From positions 2,296 through 66,295 of the forward strand of contig DASSEQ010000265.1 of the NCBI GenBank assembly GCA_035695245.1: a stretch of DNA of 64,000 nt, given 5' to 3'. Under the pieces are notes generated by a model. The model was not told the DNA's origin. It saw only the letters and a list, made by a program, of their open reading frames with translations, and searched no databases. The position numbers and the translations under genes were made by a program. Every line of letters starts with the position of its first letter. Position 1 is the first letter of the stretch. Source of the DNA: Mycobacteriales bacterium (GTDB lineage Bacteria; Actinomycetota; Actinomycetes; JAFAQI01). Positions 37,120-47,750 of the stretch are shown one piece after another.

Positions 37120-37132
37120 TGATCGATGATCA
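37120..37132. promoter_or_regulatory. palindrome TGATCGATGATCA in a low-GC island downstream of kal
   Basis: Perfect 5-bp arms; a TTGACA (37180) ... TAGTTT promoter-like pair follows. Confidence 0.3.
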
Positions 37133-37546
37133 GTGGCGCGACCTGCACTTTTGCGCGTTTCCGCAGGTCAGGCGGGTGTTGACAGCACACACGGCTTAAC
37201 CGTTAGTTTGCCGAACGTCCACCGCAGGGACGCTCGACGTACGAAGGCGCCACACCGTGTCCCGGCTGGCCAGGATCGGCGAGACGAGCACCCGTCGCGC
37301 CGAGCGGGTGCCAGGTCCAGCCGGAGCGGGAGTCGGCGAGCCGCTCGTATGACAGCGGGGTGCGACCACCTGGGAGGGGCCCGGGTGCCCAGTAGACAAC
37401 GGCGGTGCGTCGGCAGCCGGTCGACGTAGTGTCGGTCCGAAGGTGCGCCCGGGCCCGAATCCAGTTCTTCCGCGCGGTGATCCCGCGCGCCGCCGGCGGC
37501 GGTTTCTGAACTATCGCCTTACCGGCGCCGTTGCTAGCCTCGCCAG

Positions 37547-39184
37547 GTGATGCGCCTCGCGGGGCGGCCGCACGCCCGGCCGGTGACGCGAGCCGCGCTC
37601 GCCGCCGCGACCGGGGTCACAGTCTGGGCCTCGTTCCCGCCACTGTCGTGGTGGTGGACGGCCCCGCTCGGAGTCGCCGGACTGGCGCTCCTGACCTGCT
37701 CGTCGCCGCGCCTACGCGGCGGTGTGGGCCTCGGCTACTTGCACGGGCTCGGCTACCTGGTCCCGATGATGAGCTTCCTGCGCGGCATCGGCGTCGACGC
37801 CTGGCTCGTGGTCGCGCTGATCGAGGCCGTGTGGTTCGCGGTGCTCGGAGCGGCTTTGGCCCTGGCCGGCCGCCGGCGGTGGTGGCCGCTGGCGCTTCCG
37901 GTGATCTGGCTTGCCGTCGAGTGGGCCCGCGACCGGTGGCCCTTCGGCGGGTTCCCCTGGGCCCGGCTCGCATTCGGCCAGGACAGCGGCCCGTTGCTGC
38001 CGCTCGCGGCCTGGGGAGGCGCGCCATTGGTGGCGTTTGCGGTGCTTGCCCTGGCGGCGGTGCTCGCCTGGGCAGCGCTGCGAACAGCCGCGGCCACCCC
38101 CTCGGCTCGGCGCCTGGTGCTGGCCGGTAGCGCCGGGTCGGTCGCGGTGGTCTGCGCGGCCACCCTCGGGCTGGCGGCGGCCGTGCCGGTGCCGACCGGC
38201 GGCACCTCGGCCCACGGCGCGCCGTCGCACACGGTCGTGGCCGCGGTGCAGGGCGACGTGCCCCGGCTCGGGCTCGACGCGTTCACCCAGAAGCGGGTCG
38301 TCACGCAGAACCACGTCACGGAGACCGAGAAGCTGGCCGCAGCCGTCCAAGCCGGCCAGGTGCCGCGACCGGCCTTCGTCGTCTGGCCGGAGAACGCGTC
38401 CGACCAGGACCCGTTCTCCGACCCGGTCGCCCGCACGATGATCGACACCGCCGTCGCCACGATCGGGGTGCCCGTGCTCGTCGGAGCGGTCATCAACGGC
38501 CCCGACTCGCGGCACGTGCAGAACACCGCGATCGTCTGGTCGCCGGCAACCGGGCCGGGGGAGATCTACGTCAAGCGGCATCTGGTGCCGTTCGGGGAGT
38601 ACTTGCCGTTCCGTGGCCTGCTCACCTCGATCGCCGGGCGGTTCTCCATGATCGCCAAGGACTTCTCACCCGGCCACCGCCCCGGGGTGCTGACCCTGGC
38701 CGGTGTTCGGATCGGCGACGTCATCTGCTTCGAGGTGGCCGACGACCAGGTGGTCCGCGACACCATCACCGGCGGCGGCCGGCTCCTCGTCGTACAGACC
38801 AACAACGCCACCTACGAGCGGCCCGGCGACAACGGCTACGGCGGCGAGACGGCCCAGCAGCTGGCCATGTCGCGGCTGCGCGCCGTCGAGCACGGCCGGG
38901 CCGTCGTCGTCGCCGCCACCAGCGGGGTGAGCGCCGTGATCAGTCCGGATGGGCGCGTGCTGCAGCGATCCGGCGTGTTCAAGCCGGCGCTGCTCGTGGC
39001 GGACGTGCCGCTACGGGATCCGATGACGGTCGCCGACCGCCTGGGTGCCTGGCCGGAACGGATCGCGGCACTTCTCGGCGCACTCGCGGTGGTTGCCGGT
39101 GCCGCCGGACTCTGGCGGCGACCCGACCCTGCGCCGCCGACACAGCCGGTCCCGGAGCGGGACCTGTTGGCGGGTCGCGCATGA
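37547..39184 (+). CDS. lnt: apolipoprotein N-acyltransferase
   Basis: N-terminal polytopic membrane domain plus a C-terminal nitrilase/CN-hydrolase domain (VWPENASD ... ICFEV). Followed by ppm1, as in mycobacteria. Confidence 0.9.
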   Translation: MMRLAGRPHARPVTRAALAAATGVTVWASFPPLSWWWTAPLGVAGLALLTCSSPRLRGGVGLGYLHGLGYLVPMMSFLRGIGVDAWLVVALIEAVWFAVLGAALALAGRRRWWPLALPVIWLAVEWARDRWPFGGFPWARLAFGQDSGPLLPLAAWGGAPLVAFAVLALAAVLAWAALRTAAATPSARRLVLAGSAGSVAVVCAATLGLAAAVPVPTGGTSAHGAPSHTVVAAVQGDVPRLGLDAFTQKRVVTQNHVTETEKLAAAVQAGQVPRPAFVVWPENASDQDPFSDPVARTMIDTAVATIGVPVLVGAVINGPDSRHVQNTAIVWSPATGPGEIYVKRHLVPFGEYLPFRGLLTSIAGRFSMIAKDFSPGHRPGVLTLAGVRIGDVICFEVADDQVVRDTITGGGRLLVVQTNNATYERPGDNGYGGETAQQLAMSRLRAVEHGRAVVVAATSGVSAVISPDGRVLQRSGVFKPALLVADVPLRDPMTVADRLGAWPERIAALLGALAVVAGAAGLWRRPDPAPPTQPVPERDLLAGRA

Positions 39185-39963
39185 GCGACGCCGCGGACGT
39201 CCTCGTCGTCGTCCCGACCTACAACGAGCGGGACAACCTGCCGCGGATCCTGCAACGCCTGGCTGACGCCGTCCCGACGGCACACGCGTTGGTCGTCGAT
39301 GACGCGAGCCCCGACGGCACCGGCGACCTCGCCGACTCGCTCGCCGAGGCGGACCCGCGCGTGCACGTGTTGCACCGATCCGGAAAGGCCGGGTTGGGAG
39401 CGGCGTACGTCGCCGGCTTCGGCTGGGGACTGGAACGCGGCTACCAAGTGCTCGTGGAGATGGACGCGGACGGCTCGCACGCTCCGGAACAGCTCCCGAC
39501 ACTGCTTGCGGCGCTGGAGAACGCCGATGTGGTGCTCGGATCCCGCTGGGTTCGCGGGGGATCGGTCGTCGACTGGCCCCGCCGGCGGGAGGTGCTCTCG
39601 CGCGGCGGCAACGCCTACGTGCGGCTCATGCTGGGCGTGCCGGTACGGGACGCCACCGGCGGCTATCGCGCCTACCGCCGGTCGGTCCTCGAGCGCATGG
39701 ATCTGGAAGGCATCGCCTCGCAGGGCTACTGCTTCCAGGTCGATCTGGTCTGGCGGGCCTGGCAGAACGGCCTGCGCGTCACGGAGGTGCCGATCCGCTT
39801 TGTCGAGCGCGTGGCCGGGGTGTCCAAGATGGACCGCTCGATCGTCAGCGAGGCACTGTGGCGGGTGACCGTCTGGGGTGTGCGCTCTCGCTTGCGGCCC
39901 GGCCGGCGAGCGCGCGGCCGCTACCAGACAACCGAAACACCCTCGATCTCGCCTCGAGGGTAA
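39181..39963 (+). CDS. ppm1: polyprenol-phosphate mannosyltransferase (GT2)
   Basis: [12 protein letters not shown] ... DADGSH; overlaps the lnt stop. Confidence 0.9.
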   Translation: MSDAADVLVVVPTYNERDNLPRILQRLADAVPTAHALVVDDASPDGTGDLADSLAEADPRVHVLHRSGKAGLGAAYVAGFGWGLERGYQVLVEMDADGSHAPEQLPTLLAALENADVVLGSRWVRGGSVVDWPRRREVLSRGGNAYVRLMLGVPVRDATGGYRAYRRSVLERMDLEGIASQGYCFQVDLVWRAWQNGLRVTEVPIRFVERVAGVSKMDRSIVSEALWRVTVWGVRSRLRPGRRARGRYQTTETPSISPRG

Positions 39964-39966
39964 GAG

Positions 39967-40323
39967 CTAGGCGCTCCGCTTGGTCTTTCGCGGCTGGGAA
40001 GCGTGCAACTCCGCCAACCGTTCGGCGAGCACTTCCTCCAGGTCAGCCAGAGACCGGCGCTCGAGGAGCATGTCCCAGTGGGTGCGCGGCGTCTTGCCCG
40101 CCTTGGTCTCCGGCAAGGTGCCGTCGCGCAGGAGCGCAGTGGCTCCACAGGTGCGGCACTCCCAGGTCGCGGGCGCCTCGGCATCGCTCGCCAGCGGCAC
40201 GGCGAAGTGGTGATCGTGGGGACAGTCGTAACGGGCCGCCCGCCGCGGCGCGAGGTCCGTGTTGCGATCGGTCTCGTAACTGGTCGTGCCGAGGCGGCTG
40301 CCCTTGAGGACGCGCTCAGCCAT
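39967..40323 (-). CDS. rbpA: RNA polymerase-binding protein RbpA
   Basis: MAERVLKGSRLGTTSYETDRN...PRTHWDMLLERRS closely matches RbpA. Confidence 0.92.
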   Translation of the reverse strand: MAERVLKGSRLGTTSYETDRNTDLAPRRAARYDCPHDHHFAVPLASDAEAPATWECRTCGATALLRDGTLPETKAGKTPRTHWDMLLERRSLADLEEVLAERLAELHASQPRKTKRSA

Positions 40324-40580
40324 AATCCGCCTCCAGGCGTCGGAGTCTTCCTCCGTACGAACATCTGCTCGACAACTGGCATTCCCGACTGCTCGTGCGG
40401 CAACCCGCAGCGAGGGTGCCGGCTGGCCTCTTCTCTTATGGGACGCGCGGCCCGCGGCCCGGGTTCACCCGGCGAGGACCCCATGGCTGAGCATAGTGCC
40501 GATAATCGACGTTACGTTAAGTTGGGAATTCGTTCCAGAAAACGCCGCGAGGCTGTGCCCTCCCCGTCCGTTAGTCGGCC

Positions 40581-41669
40581 GTGACGCTTCCCGACGATGC
40601 GGTGCTGCTGCACGTCGGGCCGCACAAGACCGGGACGACTGCGCTGCAGAACGCGTTGCACGCATCGCGCGCTGAGCTGCGGCGGAATGGCGTGACCTAT
40701 CCCGGCCGTGACCCGCAGCACCGCCGGGCCGCTCGCGCCGTCACCGGCGGGAAGGCCTTGCTCGGTGAGCGCCCGATCCGGATGCGCGAATGGGATCAAG
40801 TGGTCCGCGAGACCGGACGCCGGGGCCGCTCCAGGGTCGTCATCAGCAGCGAGTGCTTCGACCTCGCGACCGACGAGGTCGCCCAGCGGATTGCCAGCGA
40901 CCTCGGGCGTTCCCGGTTGCACGTGCTGGTGACCGTACGGCCGCTCGCCAAGATCCTGCCCTCGACCTGGCAGGAACAGATCCGCTACCGCGACGCGACG
41001 CCGTACGACGAGTGGCTTCGGGAGACCCTGGACCGGGCACCGGATCGGCCACCGACGTCGATCTTCTGGCGCCGGCAGCACCATGACCTGCTCGTCGACC
41101 GGTGGGTGCGCACCGTGGGCGCAGACCGAGTGACGGTCCTGGTCGCCGACGAAGCCGAACCTGACCTGCTTCTTCGCAATGTCGAGCAGATGCTCGCATT
41201 GCCGTCAGGGCTGCTGGCGGCCGAGACAGGTCAGGTCAACCGCTCCCTGTCGGCGGTCGAGGCCGAGCTCGTGCGCGCGCTCAATGTGCGCTCCTCCGGG
41301 CAGGGCTGGCCGGATGCTGTCTACCGCCGCTATGTCCTTACCGGCCTGCTCAACTACCTGCAACGGGAGCGAATCCCGGGACCGGACGAGCCGCGGCTGA
41401 CGCTTCCCGACTGGGCCGGCGAGCAGGCCGCCGCGCTGGGGCAAGCGGCCGCGGCCGAGATCGCAGCGTCTGGGGCACGGGTGATCGGAGACTTGCAGTC
41501 GCTTGGGCGGCCGGGCACGCTGTCCGCCGTGGACGGTCCCCCGCCGGTGCCCGCTGCTGCCGCCGCCGATCTCCTGGTCGGCCTGATCGAGCTGGCTCAT
41601 CGCCCGCCGTGGAGCCTGCACCGTCGCGCGCGGAGGGCACTGCGCCGCACATTGGCCGCCACGATCTGA
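40581..41669 (+). CDS. sulfotransferase-family protein
   Basis: PAPS 5'-phosphosulfate-binding-like motif HVGPHKTGTTALQ. Confidence 0.55.
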   Translation: MTLPDDAVLLHVGPHKTGTTALQNALHASRAELRRNGVTYPGRDPQHRRAARAVTGGKALLGERPIRMREWDQVVRETGRRGRSRVVISSECFDLATDEVAQRIASDLGRSRLHVLVTVRPLAKILPSTWQEQIRYRDATPYDEWLRETLDRAPDRPPTSIFWRRQHHDLLVDRWVRTVGADRVTVLVADEAEPDLLLRNVEQMLALPSGLLAAETGQVNRSLSAVEAELVRALNVRSSGQGWPDAVYRRYVLTGLLNYLQRERIPGPDEPRLTLPDWAGEQAAALGQAAAAEIAASGARVIGDLQSLGRPGTLSAVDGPPPVPAAAAADLLVGLIELAHRPPWSLHRRARRALRRTLAATI

Positions 41670-41674
41670 GCCCG

Positions 41675-42172
41675 GTGAGCGGCGAGGAGTCCGGCGCGCT
41701 GCCGATAGCGGTCATCGACCTCGACGGCGTGGTCGCCGACGTGCGCCCCCGTCTGGTTCACATCCGCGGTGCCTCCCGTGACTGGGACCGCTTCTTCGCC
41801 GGCATTCCCGACGACGCTGTGCTCGCCGAGGGCCGTGCCGTCGTCGAACGGCTCGCCGCCGACCACGAGATCGTCTATCTCACCGGGCGCCCGGAACGCA
41901 CCCGCCGCGACACCGAGGGCTGGCTCGAGCGGCACGGGCTCCCCCGGGGCCGGCTCTTCATGCGAACCGAGCGCGACCGCCGGCCCGCTCGCATGGTCAA
42001 GTCGCGCCTGCTCAACGAGCTCTCCCGCGGCCGGCGGATCGCCGTGGTCGTCGACGACGACGCAGACGTGTGTGCTGCGCTCGAGCAGGCAGGTTGGCCG
42101 GTGCTGCTCGCTGACTGGATGCCGGACGATGACGTTCTGCGCCAAGCCCAGGAGCATCAGGGTCGGACCTGA
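41675..42172 (+). CDS. HAD-superfamily phosphatase (PNK 3'-phosphatase-like)
   Basis: DLDGVVAD motif I and a VVDDD motif. The GTG start is 6 nt after the sulfotransferase stop. Confidence 0.6.
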   Translation: MSGEESGALPIAVIDLDGVVADVRPRLVHIRGASRDWDRFFAGIPDDAVLAEGRAVVERLAADHEIVYLTGRPERTRRDTEGWLERHGLPRGRLFMRTERDRRPARMVKSRLLNELSRGRRIAVVVDDDADVCAALEQAGWPVLLADWMPDDDVLRQAQEHQGRT

Positions 42173-42391
42173 TTTGCCAGTGAATGTTGCGGTTGACTAG
42201 CCCGTCTTAGTGGGGCAAATCCGGATATCTCGGTCCAGCCGGTGATCTTCATCCACAGTTCGCTCACCCGGACGTGCGGTGCACATATCGCTACCACGCG
42301 CTATTCGGTTTCTCCGTTCGTGTGCCGAGACTTCTCATCAAGCCGGCGCCGACCGACGCCGACATCGAAGCTCCAGCAACGGAGGCACCCG

Positions 42392-42592
42392 ATGTGCCGG
42401 CACTTCCCTCCGTGTCCCAGCGCCGACGCGCCCGACCGCGATGCGGCTCATGTCGTTGCCAGCCACCCCGAGCAAGGCTGGAGCTTGCTCTGCAACGGCG
42501 TGCTGCTCTTCGACGACACCGGAGAACTGTTGCCGAACGGCAACATCATCGAGCCGCGCCGCGCCGCCTGCCGGCGCCGGGCCGCTGCTTGA
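42392..42592 (+). CDS. small conserved actinobacterial protein (DUF5999-like)
   Basis: RBS GGAGG; 66 aa, MCRHFPPCPSADAPDRDAAHVVASHPEQGWSLLCNGVLLFDDTGELLPNG. Confidence 0.55.
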   Translation: MCRHFPPCPSADAPDRDAAHVVASHPEQGWSLLCNGVLLFDDTGELLPNGNIIEPRRAACRRRAAA

Positions 42593-42598
42593 AAAGGG

Positions 42599-45454
42599 TC
42601 AGGAGTACGCCGACAGCGGCGGGCAGCTGCACAGGAGGTTGCGGTCGCCGTAGCCCTGATCGATCCGGCGCACGGGCGGCCAGTACTTGTCGGCCCGATT
42701 TCCTCGTGCCGGGAACACCGCGATCTCCCGGGAGTAAGGGTGGTCCCATTCCCCGACGAGCATCGACGCGGTGTGCGGCGCGTTGCGAAGCGGGTTGTCC
42801 TCGGCAGGCCACTCCCCTGACGCGACCCGGTCGATCTCGGCACGGATCGCGATCATCGCTTCGCAGAAGCGGTCAAGCTCGGCGAGATCCTCGGATTCGG
42901 TCGGCTCGATCATGAGAGTGCCGGCGACCGGAAACGACATTGTCGGCGCGTGGAAGCCGAAGTCGATCAGCCGCTTGGCGATGTCCTCGACCGTCACACC
43001 GGTTTCCTTGGTGATCGGTCGCACGTCGACGATGCACTCGTGCGCGACCAACCCGCCGCGGCCGGTATAGAGCACCGGGTAGTGCGGCGCGAGGCGGCGC
43101 GCGACGTAGTTGGCCGAGAGCACGGCCACCTCGGTGGCCGCGGTGAGGCCATCTGCGCCCATCATCCGCACATAAGCCCAGGAGATCGGCAGGATTCCGG
43201 CCGAGCCGTACGCCGCGCCGGAGATCGGCCCTACGCCGCTCGCAGGTCCCGCGTCCGGCACCAGCGGATGGTTCGGCAGATACGGCGCAAGATGTTCGCG
43301 GACGGCCACCGGCCCGACACCCGGACCCCCGCCGCCGTGCGGGATGCAGAACGTCTTGTGCAGGTTGAGATGTGAGACATCGGCGCCGAAACGCCCCGGC
43401 CGCGCGAGTCCGACCAAGGCGTTGAGGTTCGCGCCATCGACGTAGACCTGGCCGCCCGCGTCGTGGACGGCCGCGCAGATCTCGGCAATGTCCGGCTCGA
43501 AAACACCGTGGGTCGACGGGTAGGTCACCATCAGCGCTGCGACTCGACCCGAGTGAGCGGCCAGTTTTGCGCGAAGGTCGTCGAGCGAGACATTGCCCGC
43601 GTCGTCGCAGGCAACGACCACTACCTTCATGCCGGCCATGGCCGCGCTTGCCGCATTGGTGCCGTGGGCAGACGACGGAATCAAGCAAACGGTGCGGTCT
43701 AGGTCGCCGGCCGCCCGGTGATAAGCACGGATGGCCAGCAGGCCGGCGAACTCGCCCTGCGACCCCGCGTTGGGTTGCAGCGACACCTCGTCGTAGCCGG
43801 TGAGGTCAGCGAGCCAGCGAGACAGATCTGCGATGACAGCGAGGTGGCCGGCCGCCTGGTCTTGCGGCGCGAACGGGTGGATGCCGGCGAACTCCGGCCA
43901 GGTGATCGGCTCCATCTCGGCGGCGGCGTTGAGCTTCATCGTGCACGAGCCGAGCGGGATCATCGTGCGGTCGAGGGCGAGGTCACGGTCGGAGAGCGTG
44001 CGCAGATAGCGCATCATCGCTGTCTCCGACCGGTGCACGTGAAACACCGGGTGGGTGAGGAAGAGCGTCGTACGGCGAAGGTGCGCGGGCAGCGCCGTCC
44101 CGGCCTCGTTGTCAGCGCCGATCTCGACGCCGAAAGCCGCGGCAACCGCGACAGTGTGCTCTTCGGTCGTGCGTTCGTCGCAGCTGACGGCGACTGTGTC
44201 GTCGTCGAGGCGACGCAGGTTGATGTTGCTGGCGAGCGCCGCGGCGATCACCGCGTCGGCCCGCCCCGGCACGCGCGCCGCCAACGTGTCGAAGAACGTA
44301 TCGCTGACGAGTTCGACTCCGCCGGCGCGCAAGGCGGCGGCCAAACCGTTGGCGTGCGAACGCACGCGCTCGGCGATGTCGGTCAGGCCCTCCGGCCCGT
44401 GGTAGACGGCGTACATCGACGCGACGACGGCGAGCAGCACCTGTGCCGTGCAGATGTTGCTGGTCGCCTTCTCCCGCCGGATGTGCTGCTCCCGCGTCTG
44501 CAACGCCAGCCGGTATGCCGGCGCACCGTCGGCGTCGACGCTGACCCCCACCAGTCGACCGGGAAGGTTTCGCTCGAGCCCGTCACGGACGGCCATGAAG
44601 CCGGCGTGCGGACCACCGAACCCCATGGGCACGCCGAAACGCTGGGCTGATCCGACGGCGACATCGACACCCCACTCCCCCGGCGGCGTCAGAAGCGTCA
44701 AGGCGAGGAGATCAGTGGCGGCGGCGACAAGGGCTCCCCGCTCGTGGGCCTGCTCGACCAGAGGTCGAAGGTCTCGCACCGCGCCGGAGCTTCCCGGGAA
44801 GGACAGGAGCAGCCCGAACATCTCGCCCGCGGGCAGCCCGCCGGAAAGATCGGCAACGACGACCTCGATGTCGAGCGGCTCGGCCCGGGTTCGCACGACC
44901 GCGATCGTCTGCGGGTGGGTGTCGGCGTCGATGATGAACCGGCTGGATGTCGACTTAGAGACTCGACGACACAGCGACATTGCTTCGGCAGCCGCCGTCG
45001 GCTCGTCGAGCAGCGACGCGCCAGCGGTCGGCAACCCGGTGAGGTCCGCGACGAGCGTCTGGAAGTTGAGCAACGCCTCCAGCCGACCCTGCGAGATCTC
45101 CGGCTGATAGGGCGTATACGCGGTGTACCAGCCCGGATCCTCCAGGACACCGCGCAGAATGACCGGCGGCGTGATGGTGTCGGCGTAGCCGAGGCCGATC
45201 ATCGAGGTGAGCAGCCGGTTCCTCCCGGCGAGCTCCCGGAGCTCGGCGAGCGCCTCGTCCTCCGCGGCGGGTGCAGGCAGCTCGAGCCGGTGGTCGCTGT
45301 GTATGCCGGACGGAACGGCCGCGGCGGCGAGCTCGGCGCGAGACCCGAAGCCCACGACGGCGAGCATCTTGGCCTGTTCGTCGGCGGACGGACCGATGTG
45401 CCGCACAGCGAATGCCGATGCAGCGAATGCCGGTGAAGTGTCGGTACGGGCCAT
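42599..45454 (-). CDS. gcvP: glycine dehydrogenase (decarboxylating), P-protein
   Basis: 951 aa. N-terminus [17 protein letters not shown]; two PLP-dependent domains. Confidence 0.95.
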   Translation of the reverse strand: MARTDTSPAFAASAFAVRHIGPSADEQAKMLAVVGFGSRAELAAAAVPSGIHSDHRLELPAPAAEDEALAELRELAGRNRLLTSMIGLGYADTITPPVILRGVLEDPGWYTAYTPYQPEISQGRLEALLNFQTLVADLTGLPTAGASLLDEPTAAAEAMSLCRRVSKSTSSRFIIDADTHPQTIAVVRTRAEPLDIEVVVADLSGGLPAGEMFGLLLSFPGSSGAVRDLRPLVEQAHERGALVAAATDLLALTLLTPPGEWGVDVAVGSAQRFGVPMGFGGPHAGFMAVRDGLERNLPGRLVGVSVDADGAPAYRLALQTREQHIRREKATSNICTAQVLLAVVASMYAVYHGPEGLTDIAERVRSHANGLAAALRAGGVELVSDTFFDTLAARVPGRADAVIAAALASNINLRRLDDDTVAVSCDERTTEEHTVAVAAAFGVEIGADNEAGTALPAHLRRTTLFLTHPVFHVHRSETAMMRYLRTLSDRDLALDRTMIPLGSCTMKLNAAAEMEPITWPEFAGIHPFAPQDQAAGHLAVIADLSRWLADLTGYDEVSLQPNAGSQGEFAGLLAIRAYHRAAGDLDRTVCLIPSSAHGTNAASAAMAGMKVVVVACDDAGNVSLDDLRAKLAAHSGRVAALMVTYPSTHGVFEPDIAEICAAVHDAGGQVYVDGANLNALVGLARPGRFGADVSHLNLHKTFCIPHGGGGPGVGPVAVREHLAPYLPNHPLVPDAGPASGVGPISGAAYGSAGILPISWAYVRMMGADGLTAATEVAVLSANYVARRLAPHYPVLYTGRGGLVAHECIVDVRPITKETGVTVEDIAKRLIDFGFHAPTMSFPVAGTLMIEPTESEDLAELDRFCEAMIAIRAEIDRVASGEWPAEDNPLRNAPHTASMLVGEWDHPYSREIAVFPARGNRADKYWPPVRRIDQGYGDRNLLCSCPPLSAYS

Positions 45455-45469
45455 GGGCGGAGCCTCCTG

Positions 45470-45675
45470 GTCGCGTTGCTGCGTCAGCCGCAGCCGCTTA
45501 CGGGCTCCCCTTCTGTTGTCGGCCGGGCGGTGGCATCGCGAGGAATCGCGCCGGACATGCTTGCCCCGACTTCAGAGTGCCCTGCCCGAGCGGTCCGTTG
45601 GCCTGAGAGGTTCCGGGGACGTTGCTCCTTCGGCGCCCCGGACTGGCGGTCCGGGAGCTCTCCCGCACGGGATCA
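45470..45675 (-). ncRNA. glycine riboswitch (one clear aptamer, possible degenerate second) in the gcvP leader
   Basis: On the minus strand, about 45672-45585 reads GGGAGAG...CGCCGAAGGAGCAA...CCTCTCAGGCCAACGGACCG. These match the conserved glycine-aptamer blocks GGAGAG / CGCCGAAGGAGCAA / CUCUCAGGCAAAAGGACAG. Confidence 0.6.
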
Positions 45676-45742
45676 GCAGGCGTCTCTCACGCTACCAGCG
45701 CGGGGCACCTCGAGCACTGAACCGCGCTTGCTGGCGCGTCTT

Positions 45743-46309
45743 TCAGGCTGTCGTGCGCCGCTTGCGTCGTGCAGCCAGCTCGTCGGCGGCTGTTGCCGTC
45801 CCGGCGGCGGCCTCTGGCTGCGCACGCTCAGCCGGCAGCTCGGCGAGGGAACCTTCCACCTCGCGGACGACGCGGCCCACTGCGATGCCGAACACCCCCT
45901 GCCCGCCTTGGACGAGGTCGACGACCTCGTCCGGCGACGTGCACGCGTAGATCGTCGTGCCGTCGCTCATGAGCGTGATCTCGGTGAGGTCGGCTATACC
46001 GCGCTCGCGCAGATGGCTCACGGCGGTGCGGATGTTCTGTAGGGAGACACCGGTGTCCAGCAGGCGCTTGACCACCTTGAGCAGCAGGATGTCGCGGAAG
46101 GAGTACAGGCGCTGGGAGCCCGAACCGTGCGCCGGGCGCACCGAGGGCTCGACCAGACCGGTGCGGGCCCAATAGTCCAGCTGCCGGTAGCTGATCCCGG
46201 CCGCCGAACAGGCCGTCGGCCCTCGGTAACCGACTCCCTCGGCGGGCGCGGCCTGGTCCAACCCGAACAGCGCTGGTTGATGACCGCTCGGCTGCGAGGT
46301 GTCGTCCAT
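45743..46309 (-). CDS. MerR-family transcriptional regulator
   Basis: HTH (AAGISYRQLDYWARTGLVEP); same position as Rv1830-like genes next to gcvP. Confidence 0.8.
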   Translation of the reverse strand: MDDTSQPSGHQPALFGLDQAAPAEGVGYRGPTACSAAGISYRQLDYWARTGLVEPSVRPAHGSGSQRLYSFRDILLLKVVKRLLDTGVSLQNIRTAVSHLRERGIADLTEITLMSDGTTIYACTSPDEVVDLVQGGQGVFGIAVGRVVREVEGSLAELPAERAQPEAAAGTATAADELAARRKRRTTA

Positions 46310-46389
46310 CGGCCCCGTCTCCTAAAACTCATCCGTGCAATTCCGCGGCTGACGGTAAGCGCGTCAAGCGTCGTGGTCAACGGTTGAGC

Positions 46390-46444
46390 CGCGACACGCC
46401 GGTCGTGTCGTAACCCTCACCTAGAGATCGAGGTTGAGGGTTAG
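46390..46444 (-). terminator. two inverted repeats at the 3' end of the DUF151 gene
   Basis: TAACCCTCA-N15-TGAGGGTTA (46411-46444) overlaps the stop codon. CGACACG-N6-CGTGTCG lies at 46390-46409. No T-tract follows. Confidence 0.3.
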
Positions 46445-46929
46445 CTGCTGCCCGTCTCGAAGTCCTCCGGCGAGACCTGGTCGAGGAACTCGCGGAACCG
46501 CTCGACCACCTCGACCTCGTTCTCCGACTCCGCCTCGTCCGGAATCGAGACGCCGGCCTCGGCCAGGACTGCTTCCTCGGCATAGATCGTGGTGCCGACG
46601 CGGATGGCAAGGGCGATGGCGTCCGATGGCCGAGCCGAGACGGTCACGCCGCTTCGAAACTGGAGGTCGGCGAAGTAGATCCCGTCGCGCAGGTCGGTGA
46701 TGGTGACCGCGGTCAGCTCCGCGCCCAGCCCTTCCAGCACGTCCTTGAGCAGGTCATGCGTCAGTGGGCGGGCCGGCACGACTCCCTGCTGGGCGAGGGC
46801 GATGGCGGTGGCTTCCACGGCGCCGATCCAGATCGGCAGATAACGGTCGCCGGCTACTTCCTTGAGCAACACGATCGGCTGGTTGGACGGGAGCTCGACC
46901 CGAACCCCGACCACTGTCAGCTCGAGCAC
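46441..46929 (-). CDS. bifunctional nuclease family protein (DUF151)
   Basis: MLELTVVGVRVELPSNQPIVLLKEV...RPLTHDL is typical of DUF151 (Rv1829-like). Confidence 0.8.
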   Translation of the reverse strand: MLELTVVGVRVELPSNQPIVLLKEVAGDRYLPIWIGAVEATAIALAQQGVVPARPLTHDLLKDVLEGLGAELTAVTITDLRDGIYFADLQFRSGVTVSARPSDAIALAIRVGTTIYAEEAVLAEAGVSIPDEAESENEVEVVERFREFLDQVSPEDFETGSS

Positions 46930-47015
46930 CGGACACCTCGGAAGTGGAGGTTTGGCGTGCGGATGACGATGTCGGCCACGCTACACCGGCTTTTGCGCCG
47001 GGTGACGGGTTGTCA

Positions 47016-47750
47016 TCAGCGGCCGAGCTGCGGCCGCAATCCGGCCCGGACGAGGGTCGCGTGCAGCTTCACGGACAAGGCCGCCAGCTCCCGCGCCACC
47101 TCCTCGGCGCGACCTCGGGCCTCCGGGTTGCGCTGGCGGACCAGCGGCGACACCACCTGCTCGACCAGCCCGACCTCTCGGTCAGCAGAGGCACGGAATG
47201 CCCGCAGATGGCGGGGTTCGAGACCGAATCGGCTCATCTCCGCGACCGTTTTGGCGATGACGAGCGCGTCACCGTCGTAGTAGCCGCCCGGGCGTGGACC
47301 GACGAGGCCGAACTGTTCGATCTGCGCGAACTGACCCGCGTCGAGACCGGCCGCATCGAGCAGCTCGTCGCGGGAAAGCCGCAGCTCACTGGGCTCTCGA
47401 GCGAACGACTCGGGACCGGGAAGGCCTTCGGCCGCGACCAGTGCGCGGGGCACCTGCGGGCCGGCCCCGGCGGTGCTCGGCGGCTCGAGCCCCCGGTCGA
47501 TCGCCTCGAGGTGCTGCTTGATCACGCGCAACGGGAGGTAGTTGTCGCGCTGCGCCGAGAGCACGTATCGCAAGCGCGCCACGTCGTCACGGGAGAACTT
47601 GCGGTAGCCGGATGCGGTGCGCTCCGGTTCGATCAGCCCCTCGGCTTCGAGAAACCGGATCTTGGAGATGGTGACGTCGGGAAACTCGGCTCGCAGTTGG
47701 CTCAGTACCTCGCCGATGCTCATGAACGCGCGAGGAGCCGGAGCGTTCAC
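47016..47750 (-). CDS. MerR-family transcriptional regulator
   Basis: MSIGEVLSQLRAEFPDVTISKIRFLEAEGLIEP matches the Rv1828-like family. Confidence 0.85.
   Translation of the reverse strand: MNAPAPRAFMSIGEVLSQLRAEFPDVTISKIRFLEAEGLIEPERTASGYRKFSRDDVARLRYVLSAQRDNYLPLRVIKQHLEAIDRGLEPPSTAGAGPQVPRALVAAEGLPGPESFAREPSELRLSRDELLDAAGLDAGQFAQIEQFGLVGPRPGGYYDGDALVIAKTVAEMSRFGLEPRHLRAFRASADREVGLVEQVVSPLVRQRNPEARGRAEEVARELAALSVKLHATLVRAGLRPQLGR

Noticed and set aside
36672-37190. 172-aa minus-strand ORF overlapping kal.
   Set aside because: Antisense to the hotdog-fold kal gene, which is translationally coupled to kamE. No RBS or domain.
37230-37546. 98-aa (+) and 67-aa (-) ORFs in the kal-lnt gap.
   Set aside because: Arg/Pro-rich nonsense peptides without RBS. 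The region is treated as non-coding.
45455-45560. Second glycine-riboswitch aptamer as a separate confident feature.
   Set aside because: Only fragments of the conserved blocks are present, so it is folded into the single riboswitch feature with a caveat.
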